Source: Bacteroidota bacterium (GTDB lineage Bacteria > Bacteroidota > Bacteroidia > Bacteroidales > Porphyromonadaceae). From it: a stretch of DNA of 62,873 nt. Below the pieces are notes generated by a model. The model searched no databases and was not told the origin of the DNA. It saw only the letters and a list, made by a program, of their open reading frames with translations. Below are positions 1 to 8,554 of this stretch, piece after piece (within the stretch, counting starts at the first letter, position 1; every line of letters begins with the position of its first letter). The stretch spans positions 1 to 62,873 of the forward strand of contig JAEWGA010000036.1 in the NCBI GenBank assembly GCA_023388555.1, written 5' to 3'. A program made the position numbers and the translations under genes.

Positions 1-2
1 AA

Positions 3-3000
3 TTGGATAAAGCAGACATCGAGCAGGAGCTCAATGCCATCTATAATCCTGTTGGCGTGCAGTTCACGGTAAATGTGGATGAAAACATGCGTGGCAACTA
101 TGATTGGGAAGTAGCAAGTGAACAGGATAGTTTGCTAAGTACGGTTGGTAAGTCTTTCTGGGGCTATGACAAGGAACTCAAAGAAAGCACCGAGATGCTT
201 AACCTGCAAAAGGCTTATCAGAAAGTGGCAGGAACACTTGATGGAGCCTATTTATTCGTGCTAAATGGTGCCACGGGGCTTGAAGGGAAAAAGGATGGCT
301 TGCTGGGTGAAATGCCTCGCAAGAGCAGATTCGGATATATCTTTGCCGGCAATAGCCCCAACCTCAGTACAAGCTCGTTAGTTCATACCATAGCCCACGA
401 ATTAGGTCATGGTATCTTCACCCTTCAGCACACTTTCGATGCAGAATATGGCAAAGGAACGAAGGGGGAAACAAACAATTTGCTGGACTATACTGCAACC
501 GGGAAAGAACTTGCCGCTTTCCAGTGGAACATTATGGCCAACCCTGCCATATTCACAGCAACGGATAAAGCTGATGAAGTTGCTTTGTATGGAAAGATCT
601 GGTTCACTCCAGATTGGCAGGCTTTTAAATTTGATAAAAGCAAGACTATTGTCGGCAATAATACGAAGGCCGGCACAGTGCCAGGCATAGTTTACAACAA
701 TAAACATTATATATATGACTACGATAAAAAAGCATATGCTTACAAAGACGAACCATCATTAACATTAACACTAGAAATTGTTAACCTGAGGGACACCTCC
801 ACAGAGAAGGTATACTTGTTTGGAGTAACCCATGATTGCAAGACACCTAGCTATAGTACCACGTATAAGTATGCTATTGCCCACAAGTCAAATATTGATT
901 ATAGCGACACAAAGAATGTACATCCTGAGGAAGTTTGGGAGTGTGCTAAGGAGCCTGCTACTACACACTATTTCAAGATAGACAGAGCCTCCCAAGAATA
1001 TGTCGAGTATGCTAAAAAACAAAGCATAAAAGTCGAAGATGGTTTGTCAAAGAACAAAGACTGTTTGGATAATCTTCTAATAGAGATTAACAAGCAGAAA
1101 TCCACAAATGACAAGTCTGTTGACATTCTTGGTGCAGTATTGGCAGATAAGCTCAAAACATACGAACTTTTTAATTCAAAAAAATTCATCGTTGCGTTTG
1201 CAGAGATGAATTATTTATCCGAGAGTCAATCAGATTGGCAGGACTTAGCACAAACTCTTTTTGATAAAGCAAATTTGGGAGCTAATGATATTCTTATCAC
1301 TATTCCGTACGTCGTACTTGACGGTCTTCTTACGGATGGCAGAGTATATTATATGCCAGGTCTGGCCAAGGGATCAGCTGTGGAACAAGATGCAAGTACT
1401 TTAGGTTCTGATTACTCTAATACACAGGAAAAAGGCAAATACCAAGCAGGAGCTAAATCTGAAGGTGTGTATCGTTTCATTTTTGATGTCTTTAGGAGTA
1501 CGAAGAAAAAGGTAGCCATATATCGTGGTTTCTATAATGCATCAAATGTTATTGACATCATTCCTTACTATAATGAAGAGGCCAACTATCCGTTCAATAA
1601 GGCTATTTTTGCTTATAAGCAGAAAGGTTGTGAGGAGTTGGCACGATTGTATGTAAAAGAACAACGTGATATTAAAGATGCTATTTCTACACGGTACGCA
1701 CAAGATAAACGGAGTCCGATTGAGATAGCCAAGATGCAAGATTTAATTCATTTGGCAGCTAAGAGAGAACAGTTACAACTTTTAGAAAAACTATCGAATC
1801 AGGTTTCTTTCTCAGATTTCGAACCTTGTGCTGTTACCTATCCTATTGAGTACAAAGAAGAGTTTATAGAACAAATAAATAAGAATGGGCACAAAAATTA
1901 TGAAGCCTATCTGTTGCTGCATGCTTATAGAGATCTGAGAACACAATTGCACTATCCTGAAATTAGTGGTTTTGATTTCGATCAAGAGGCTACATTTACA
2001 GACAAAACCGACTGGTGGCTATCGTCGTACATAGACAAACCTGTATATAATACTCTTGACTTGGCTTCTGTTGTGCTTGGCGTTTTCAGTCTTGACGTCA
2101 TCTCGGATGCACTGAATCTTGGATATAGTCTTATAAGAAGAGATTATGATAATGCTATTGGTTCAGGACTCAGCTTACTTATAATCGGCCCTACAGGTTA
2201 TGCTGGTAAGACGACTATTCCAAGAGGTCTTAAGTATTTGCGTCGGAGTAAGAAAGGTGCCGTTATAGCTGTAGACAACACAGATGAAGAACTTAGATCT
2301 ATCATCAAAAAGTCCAAGAACGCTTTTGAGCCAGGCGAATTGGATAATCTCGACAATGCTAGTAGAGATGAACTATGGAGACTAGCCAACAGAGAGAATT
2401 TGTTCGAAAACTTGGACAAGTGGCTAAATGGAGTATCTCAAAATGTCCAAGATATTATTCGAGGTTGGGATTATGACTACAAGATACTACTGAATAAAGA
2501 CCTGTCATCTAGATCAACTGGTGCAGAGCTTAAATCTCTATTGTCTTCAGCAGAGAATGTAGAGATATGGAAGTATTTGAAGGATGACCCCTCTTATGCT
2601 TTTGAACTGGCTAAAGACAATAAGAATTGGGAAAGATGGTCGAAGATCAACTTCTTTAAGGATGTTACAAAAAGAGGGCGAGAATTTGAAACTCTGGTTT
2701 TGAATAGAATCAAAACCAGAAGTGGTGAAGAATATAATGCACTCAAAATATTAGTACCTGACCTGGATGATCGTAAACTAGTTGCTCAGATGCAATTCTG
2801 CTTACCAGGATTCTCGTCTCCTTGTTCCGAAAAGGGGCAGTTCTTTATTGCTGATCAAGTATGGATTAAGTATGACAAAAGAGATCGAGTCTTGGATATG
2901 GTGATAGTAGATGCCAAACTGAGTGAACGCACTGCATTTACATATGGTCAAACTATTGCTAAACAAAAGGAAGGGAATGTATCTTTGATATATAAGCCTA

Positions 3001-3131
3001 TCTATCCTAAGGATACTGATATAAATAACAATAGACTGCCTCGCATAATTAACCAAGGAGATATGCTTCCATTGAAGAAATTTTATAAGATATACGGAGA
3101 TGGAGGCGGCAAATTTATAGGAATCCAATAA
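3..3131 (+). CDS. Large polymorphic-toxin-like protein, 5'-truncated by the window edge: zincin HExxH domain, TPM-like segment, pre-toxin helical hairpin, C-terminal PD-(D/E)xK nuclease-like tip
   Basis: AHELGHGIFTLQH at ~393-431; LDLASVVLG..DVISDALN..Y...DYDNA pre-toxin-like motif at ~2055-2190; GREFE...IADQV...IVDAKLS..T..Q at ~2670-2950. A small gene starts 14 nt after the stop. Confidence 0.75.
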   Translation: MDKADIEQELNAIYNPVGVQFTVNVDENMRGNYDWEVASEQDSLLSTVGKSFWGYDKELKESTEMLNLQKAYQKVAGTLDGAYLFVLNGATGLEGKKDGLLGEMPRKSRFGYIFAGNSPNLSTSSLVHTIAHELGHGIFTLQHTFDAEYGKGTKGETNNLLDYTATGKELAAFQWNIMANPAIFTATDKADEVALYGKIWFTPDWQAFKFDKSKTIVGNNTKAGTVPGIVYNNKHYIYDYDKKAYAYKDEPSLTLTLEIVNLRDTSTEKVYLFGVTHDCKTPSYSTTYKYAIAHKSNIDYSDTKNVHPEEVWECAKEPATTHYFKIDRASQEYVEYAKKQSIKVEDGLSKNKDCLDNLLIEINKQKSTNDKSVDILGAVLADKLKTYELFNSKKFIVAFAEMNYLSESQSDWQDLAQTLFDKANLGANDILITIPYVVLDGLLTDGRVYYMPGLAKGSAVEQDASTLGSDYSNTQEKGKYQAGAKSEGVYRFIFDVFRSTKKKVAIYRGFYNASNVIDIIPYYNEEANYPFNKAIFAYKQKGCEELARLYVKEQRDIKDAISTRYAQDKRSPIEIAKMQDLIHLAAKREQLQLLEKLSNQVSFSDFEPCAVTYPIEYKEEFIEQINKNGHKNYEAYLLLHAYRDLRTQLHYPEISGFDFDQEATFTDKTDWWLSSYIDKPVYNTLDLASVVLGVFSLDVISDALNLGYSLIRRDYDNAIGSGLSLLIIGPTGYAGKTTIPRGLKYLRRSKKGAVIAVDNTDEELRSIIKKSKNAFEPGELDNLDNASRDELWRLANRENLFENLDKWLNGVSQNVQDIIRGWDYDYKILLNKDLSSRSTGAELKSLLSSAENVEIWKYLKDDPSYAFELAKDNKNWERWSKINFFKDVTKRGREFETLVLNRIKTRSGEEYNALKILVPDLDDRKLVAQMQFCLPGFSSPCSEKGQFFIADQVWIKYDKRDRVLDMVIVDAKLSERTAFTYGQTIAKQKEGNVSLIYKPIYPKDTDINNNRLPRIINQGDMLPLKKFYKIYGDGGGKFIGIQ

Positions 3132-3145
3132 AAACGCAAATAGTT

Positions 3146-3841
3146 ATGGCAATAGAAGTAGACAGAGATTATATTTCGAGATGGGCAAAGATAAATTTAT
3201 CTGACTATAAGGCAAAAATCGCAGCCATGGATTATATCTATTTCACCAAAGAGACTAAAAGTCTTTTTATCAAAACATGTATTCGTGTACAGTTTTACGG
3301 AGAACTACTTTCCTTTGGTTCCTTTTTAGTTGTTTTTAAAGAATTTGAGCGTGTATTTTTGGATATAGTACGGATAAATGTTAATAAGGATTTGGTTCAA
3401 AAAAATTACGACAACCATTTTGTAATAACACTTCCTGATTTTCCTTACTCGAACTATGTATTCCCAGATAATGTAGAGTCAGAAGATGAATTAGAGACAT
3501 ATCTTCAAGAGTTTGTGAAGCATGTATACTATTTCGAGACAGTCGTTTTCCCAAGTCTTACCAATATTAATAAAATGGCTGAATATGTGGGACGTGTACC
3601 ATTTGAAAAAGCCGGGGAAATTGTCGTTGGAGGAACCTATCCGATTCAATATTTTAAGAAATTAGCAATCCTTAAATGGGGTGGCAATGAAGAAAAGTAT
3701 GAAGAATATAAAAAGGGGATGGAAGTTTTTATTGAAGAGGATTTTACTGATCTAAAGTATGGTCATGAAGCCCCTCTGTATAAGCAAGGATTCCAAAATT
3801 TGATTTACTGCTTGGAGCATGAGCCTAATCCATTCCTTTAA
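3146..3841 (+). CDS. Putative cognate immunity protein 1
   Basis: 231 aa, no signal peptide, directly downstream of the toxin tip, AT-rich, and followed by a decayed paralog. Confidence 0.65.
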   Translation: MAIEVDRDYISRWAKINLSDYKAKIAAMDYIYFTKETKSLFIKTCIRVQFYGELLSFGSFLVVFKEFERVFLDIVRINVNKDLVQKNYDNHFVITLPDFPYSNYVFPDNVESEDELETYLQEFVKHVYYFETVVFPSLTNINKMAEYVGRVPFEKAGEIVVGGTYPIQYFKKLAILKWGGNEEKYEEYKKGMEVFIEEDFTDLKYGHEAPLYKQGFQNLIYCLEHEPNPFL

Positions 3842-3883
3842 TCTTAATGTCCAAAATGAGATAATACAAAACGTAAATAATGT

Positions 3884-4127
3884 ATGGCAATAGAAGTAGA
3901 CAGAGATTTATACAAAAGTGTACAGAGGTATACTTGCCAAACCACAAATCAAAGAAACGAAACAATGGATTACATCGACTTCATAAAAAACGACATCAAT
4001 TTTCACTATAAGAACAGACATTCGCACTTTGTTTTATGGAACGATGATGTCATTTTGCGGATTCTCTGTAGTCTTCAAAGGGCTTGAGTGTATTTTCCTA
4101 AATATTCTCAAAAAAAACACAAATGAA
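3884..4127 (+). pseudogene. Frameshifted, truncated paralog of immunity protein 1
   Basis: First 25 nt identical to 3146-3170 (MAIEVDRD). MDYIDF vs MDYIYF and FYGTMMSFCGFSVVFKGLECIFLNI vs FYGELLSFGSFLVVFKEFERVFLDI lie in different frames. Confidence 0.85.
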
Positions 4128-4202
4128 TCCTATCGAATACAGCCCCCTTACTCAAAAAAAAAGAATAAGTTAAATCTTGTCCAGCTTTTTCGGAGTGGTT
4201 CA
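4123..4202 (+). mobile_element. IS3-family right-end remnant (OrfB C-terminal scrap plus IRR)
   Basis: MNPIEY..* (4123-4173) resembles the MSPxEYR end of IS3 OrfB. 4178-4202 tgtccagctttttcggagtggttca is the reverse complement of TGAACCACTCCGAAAAAGCTGGACA, an IS3-type terminal repeat. Confidence 0.5.
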
Positions 4203-4503
4203 TTAGATATTGCGGTTTCCCCGCTTTTTAGAGAGTTTCTCCAAAGACATATTGAGCAGTACGGATCTAAATAACCATTTCATATACCTGCAAACATCAT
4301 TAAGGGGAACGAAAATTACCAATATTTCAGCAGCATAAGACGCTTTTATGTATAAAAATACAGGCTGTTTGGGGCAATAACAATAATAGGAGATATTGAT
4401 AATTTTGGCTGGGGGATTTTTCACTTAACCAAAAGATGAATGAGAACATAAAAAAAGTAATAAAATATAGGAAAACAACATCTCACATCACTCAATAATA
4501 ACT

Positions 4504-4746
4504 TTGGCTTTTACAGCTTTGCTATTCTCCTGCCTAAAAGAGACTGCTGTTCCTATCGAATTGGCATTCACCATAAAGGCCTCAGAAGATAAGACCGCAC
4601 CTGTAACTATCCAATTGAAAAATGAAAGTTTCGGGGCTGATGAGTGTGAATGGAGATTTGAGGGTAGTATTCCCAGCATGTCAAATCAAAGAACTGCAGG
4701 GAAGGTTGTGTTTACACAATTTGGTGAGTATAAAATGATGGAATGA
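4504..4746 (+). pseudogene. 5' fragment of the PKD lipoprotein gene (copy 1)
   Basis: SCLKETAVPIELAFTIKASEDKTAPVTIQLKNESFGADECEWRFEG aligns with 8555..9913; nt ~4528-4737 matches ~8618-8827. Confidence 0.9.
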
Positions 4747-4789
4747 GATAGAAGCAAGGTAAGCCTGCAAACAATCAAGGACTAAAAGA

Positions 4790-6472
4790 ATGAACAGGAC
4801 GTATTTGAGCCCATTAGAGCTATTTGAAGTTCTTTCACTGACGTTCCTCCTGAGTTTCTTAGGAGGCATCAAGCTCTATGCCCAATACTATCCTGTTCAT
4901 GCCACAGTTCAGTGGCCATCACCGCAAAGTCCTTATCTATCGGATTACTATAGTGGAAGCAGGGATCGACTCATTGTTACACTACTCAACCGCGACCTGC
5001 AACAACCACTGCTTTTTGCCAAGTTGCGTATAAAGATTAAGAGTACCGGTTTCCTTGCTGCTAGCCGTGAGGTGGTCAATTATCCAATGTTGGAACTCAA
5101 CGCCAATGTACCGACACGCTTGACCAATATCGATCTCGCTCCTTATCTGAACCCTCAAAATCTCCAAGCCAGCGGAAATTTGAGAAACGGCCAGCTCCCC
5201 CTGGGGTACACGGAGTTCTCTGTGCAAGTAGTGGATTATTATACGGGGCGCATTTTGTCTGACTGGCATACAGGACGCTCTTATCTTGATGTTAAGAAGC
5301 CACCCTTTCTTAACGTTCCGGAGAAGGATGCACACATAGGAATCACAGAACCACTCTATATCCGTTTCCAGTGGATGCCTCGACATCAAGGAGTTGCCGG
5401 TACGGAGTATGAGTTTGTCTTAAAGGAATTGCCAGACAATGGTGCAGCCCCTCAGTCTGCATTTGCCTATGGCAATGAGATCTATCGTATCCGTACACGT
5501 AATACAACTTTAGCCTACACCCACCTTGAACCTATCCTTTTTCCGAATCGACGTTATGCCTGGCAGGTACAGGCAGTTGCCCGTGACGGAGTGGATGAAG
5601 TCGGTATGTTTGAGAATGGTGGATTCAGTGAAATCAACTGGTTCTATTTTACTGACAACTGCCAGGCACCGACAGGGCTGAAAGCCCGTACCCGCTTTGC
5701 CAAGGCAGACCTTTCATGGAACAAAGTGATTGGCACAACGGGCTATGTGGTGGAATGTCGTCCCAAAACAAAATTCAATGTCTACGAGTGGAGCAGCACA
5801 AGTGTTGCAGGAGAAACCCTCACACTTGCACAGTTGAAACCAGGTTGGACCTATGAATGGCGTGTGGGTACACTCTGCACCAATGACCGGCCTGTCTTTT
5901 CGGACATGCGTGAGTTTACGCTCAGTCGTCAGAATGACGAGCTGCTGGCTGACTGTGGCAAGGAGCCTGTGAGAGAAGACCTTTCGCAGGAACCAAACCT
6001 GCGTATTAAAGCCGGGGATGTCGTTACCATTGGTGGCGACTATCCGATGACTATCATCGAGGCAATCCCATTGGGGGACGGATGGTATGCTGGTCGAGGA
6101 AAGACACGCTTGAAGACCATTATAGATGCTCCCGTATCTCTTCGTTTCGACCGTCTCCGCATCAATGTGGATAACTTCCAAATAGACGGAACGGTAGAAG
6201 CCTCTTATGATGAGAAGAAAGCAAAGATAGCCGATCTTGATTATGTGGATGACGGCGGTAAGGATATCAAACCGGCTACGATTCGTATGCGCGAACATAA
6301 AATGGACTTTACCCTTCCCGGCATACCGCAGTTTACCTATAATCCTGAGAGTGGATCGTTAGAAACAATCGATGCTGACGGTACCCCACAGACCATCAAA
6401 ATAGATGTGCCAGAAAATGCCTCGTATGAGAGTATTTTCTCTATGTTCGTTACGGACATATCTGTAGAGTAA
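4790..6472 (+). pseudogene. N-terminal carrier part (signal peptide, TANFOR-like domain, fibronectin type III domains) of a large secreted toxin; internally deleted
   Basis: Signal peptide ending KLYA|Q; YPVHATVQ..PQSPYLSDY..DRLIVTLLNRDL is TANFOR-like; FN3 motifs YAWQVQA, CQAPTGL..DLSWN, LKPGWTYEWRVGTLC. The frame continues past the TAA into a TNT motif. Confidence 0.7.
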
Positions 6473-6595
6473 GGTTCTATTATGCCTTGGTTTAATCAAC
6501 CTGGGCAAGGTACTCAAATTATGTTCTATGAAGAAATCGAAGAACTGATTAAGGAGGGAACAACAGAAATTCGCAATTTAAAGAAGATAAAATGA
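6473..6595 (+). pseudogene. C-terminal remnant of a TNT (DUF4237, NAD+ glycohydrolase) toxin domain; not in the ORF track
   Basis: In frame after TAA 6470-6472: GSIMPWFNQPGQGTQIMFYEEIEELIKEGTTEIRNLKKIK*, matching the TNT motif GxIxPWFxQPGxGxQ...IxELIxxG. Confidence 0.75.
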
Positions 6596-7005
6596 TAGAA
6601 GTTTCAATAAACGAAGGCAGGGTTTTAGAACTAAATCAACCACGAACTTTCCATCGAGAAGATTTTGTTTGTATAAAAGTTCACAACACCGTAGAGCATA
6701 TATACATATACAAAGAAAATAAATCTGAGAGTTTTTCTACTTTTGGGATGACATATCCCAATAACAAAGGAATCCCGTTAAAAAAAATAGATCATATTGC
6801 AAGCAAATTAAATCTGCAAAAAAAAGTATATGCCAAAACGGGATATATATCGTATAGAATGAAAGTAGCAGAAAAAATGATAACGCCTTTTGTTATTATA
6901 TTGTGTAAATACGTGTTCTATTTCGGACTTCTCTCGGGAGATTACTCCAGAGGACCAGAAACCTTGATAGTGTTATTGGGAGTGCGAAAATATGAAGAGA
7001 AATAA
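6592..7005 (+). CDS. Putative immunity protein 2 (partner of the TNT remnant), possibly degenerate
   Basis: ATG overlaps the TNT-remnant stop (ATGA at 6592-6595); AT-rich; no recognisable family. Confidence 0.5.
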   Translation: MIEVSINEGRVLELNQPRTFHREDFVCIKVHNTVEHIYIYKENKSESFSTFGMTYPNNKGIPLKKIDHIASKLNLQKKVYAKTGYISYRMKVAEKMITPFVIILCKYVFYFGLLSGDYSRGPETLIVLLGVRKYEEK

Positions 7006-7141
7006 CACGCTCAGTAAGGCAATACAGCTCGTTCTGTTGACATACTTTGTCACATCGAAATTCAAATGGACAGCCGTTTTTATCAATACCGCATTCACCA
7101 TAGAGGCACCAGAAGATAAAACCTCAGCTGCAACTATCCAG
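6992..7141 (+). pseudogene. 5' fragment of the PKD lipoprotein gene (copy 2)
   Basis: MKRNNTLSKAIQLVLLTYFVTS..TAVFINTAFTIEAPEDKTSAATIQ vs MKTINRLHRAVQLFILTCLVSS..TAVPIESAFTIEASEDKTSPVTIQ; the lipobox Cys is lost. Confidence 0.85.
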
Positions 7142-7457
7142 AAGAAAAACTACTCGTTAGCTCGCAATATGTTTAAAGATTTGAGGCAATTCAAGGCATA
7201 TCTTAGAGCAATAGACAATTTTGATCAATCCTATATTGTCCAGCAAGGGGGCGTGATATAACAAAGAAAGATATAACAAACAACTGGAAAAATCCATAGC
7301 AAACGATGCAAAAAGTGTGTTTAGAGCAAACCAGCAATTATGGAGGAATATGGGAATCAATCGTTCTGAATTGTTAGAACAATTATGTTACAATCACGCA
7401 TTATCCCAAGGCTCTAAATACGAACCATTTAGAAATATGATATTAACAACAAAATAG
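7142..7457 (+). pseudogene. Probable frameshifted toxin C-terminal remnant
   Basis: KNYSLARNMFKDLRQFKAYLRAIDNFDQ, then after a frameshift an open frame 7257-7457 (KQLEKSIANDAKSVF...NMILTTK*) that stops 8 nt before the next gene. Confidence 0.45.
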
Positions 7458-7465
7458 TTTTAGGT

Positions 7466-8545
7466 ATGAGGTATATTGAGACAAGAAAAATAGAAAATGT
7501 CAAAAGTTTCTGTCCCAATAATGGAGACTACGCCTATACTGAAAGTCAGAAAGGTTATTTGTATATCGATGGGGTGCTTTTAGAAAAAGATGATGCACCT
7601 TTAGAACTTTCTCTTAGAGGGAAGTATATGTACGTATGGTATAGTTCAGGGAAATTTGAACTATACGAGGGGCATACACTTTTGAATAGTATAGAAAGTA
7701 ATACTCATTTACTAAATGAGCAAACACAATATATCGGCAAACATTTCTTTGAATTAAATCCTCATCGCGAGGGTTCTAATTTTGCATCTCCTATTGATGG
7801 ACAACTGATATTGCCTGAGTTTATTCCTTACATGCTGTATGTGGAAGATGATACAATTATCGCCTATGATAATTTTAGCGGAGAGTTCAAGCGAATAAAT
7901 ACTCAAATCGAAACTCTTTGGCAATTTCCTCTCTCTTTATTGGGAGGAACGGAATATGAACCTAACGGAACCGACAAAATAAAGAATGTCTTGGGTGTCG
8001 TGCACGGCAATATTTGGATTTATACAGATTTTGGAAGGTTGGTAGCTTTGAACTTGAAAACAGGGAACGTGGTAAAAAAAATGTCAGGTAATCCTTCTGA
8101 CAAAAACTCATCTTATGCAATTATCTCAGGATTAGGGAAATGTTATTCCCGACCATCAGATAGAAACATTGTAAGTATTAATGCATTTGAGTTTCAAATA
8201 ATCGAAACGGAAAAGTTAGTAGTTATAGAACGGTATGATTTTCGGGAGGCCGATCCTATGGGCATGGGAACATACCGAAGAGTATTCAGTCCGCTGCTTC
8301 AAGGAGACTATTTTACCTTTTTGGGTGAGAAAGAGGAGGACTTCGGTAGCAACATGCGTCGGATTGGCATTTTCGATTATAAAGCTCGCAAGCTGGTTTG
8401 GGAATATGAACTCATCAGCGTAGATGAATACGAACAAACACGTAACCACTTAGTGCCTTCCGCCCCTTTGTATATGATAGGCAACAAATTATACATAAAA
8501 GACTTTAAGCATACTCTACACATCTTTGAACGAGAAGAGATTTGA
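7466..8545 (+). CDS. Putative immunity protein 3, beta-propeller/PQQ-like repeats
   Basis: No signal peptide; LWQFPL, GRLVALNLKTGNV and LVWEYEL propeller-like motifs; lies after a toxin-tip remnant. Confidence 0.5.
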   Translation: MRYIETRKIENVKSFCPNNGDYAYTESQKGYLYIDGVLLEKDDAPLELSLRGKYMYVWYSSGKFELYEGHTLLNSIESNTHLLNEQTQYIGKHFFELNPHREGSNFASPIDGQLILPEFIPYMLYVEDDTIIAYDNFSGEFKRINTQIETLWQFPLSLLGGTEYEPNGTDKIKNVLGVVHGNIWIYTDFGRLVALNLKTGNVVKKMSGNPSDKNSSYAIISGLGKCYSRPSDRNIVSINAFEFQIIETEKLVVIERYDFREADPMGMGTYRRVFSPLLQGDYFTFLGEKEEDFGSNMRRIGIFDYKARKLVWEYELISVDEYEQTRNHLVPSAPLYMIGNKLYIKDFKHTLHIFEREEI

Positions 8546-8554
8546 TGATAAGCT

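Noticed and set aside
4203..4424. Minus-strand 73-aa ORF as a transposase fragment
   Set aside because: No convincing transposase motif could be identified.
6470..6472. Programmed readthrough or recoding of the TAA
   Set aside because: Other genes in the window use TAA as a normal stop, and the TNT tail lacks most of the domain, so decay is the simpler explanation.
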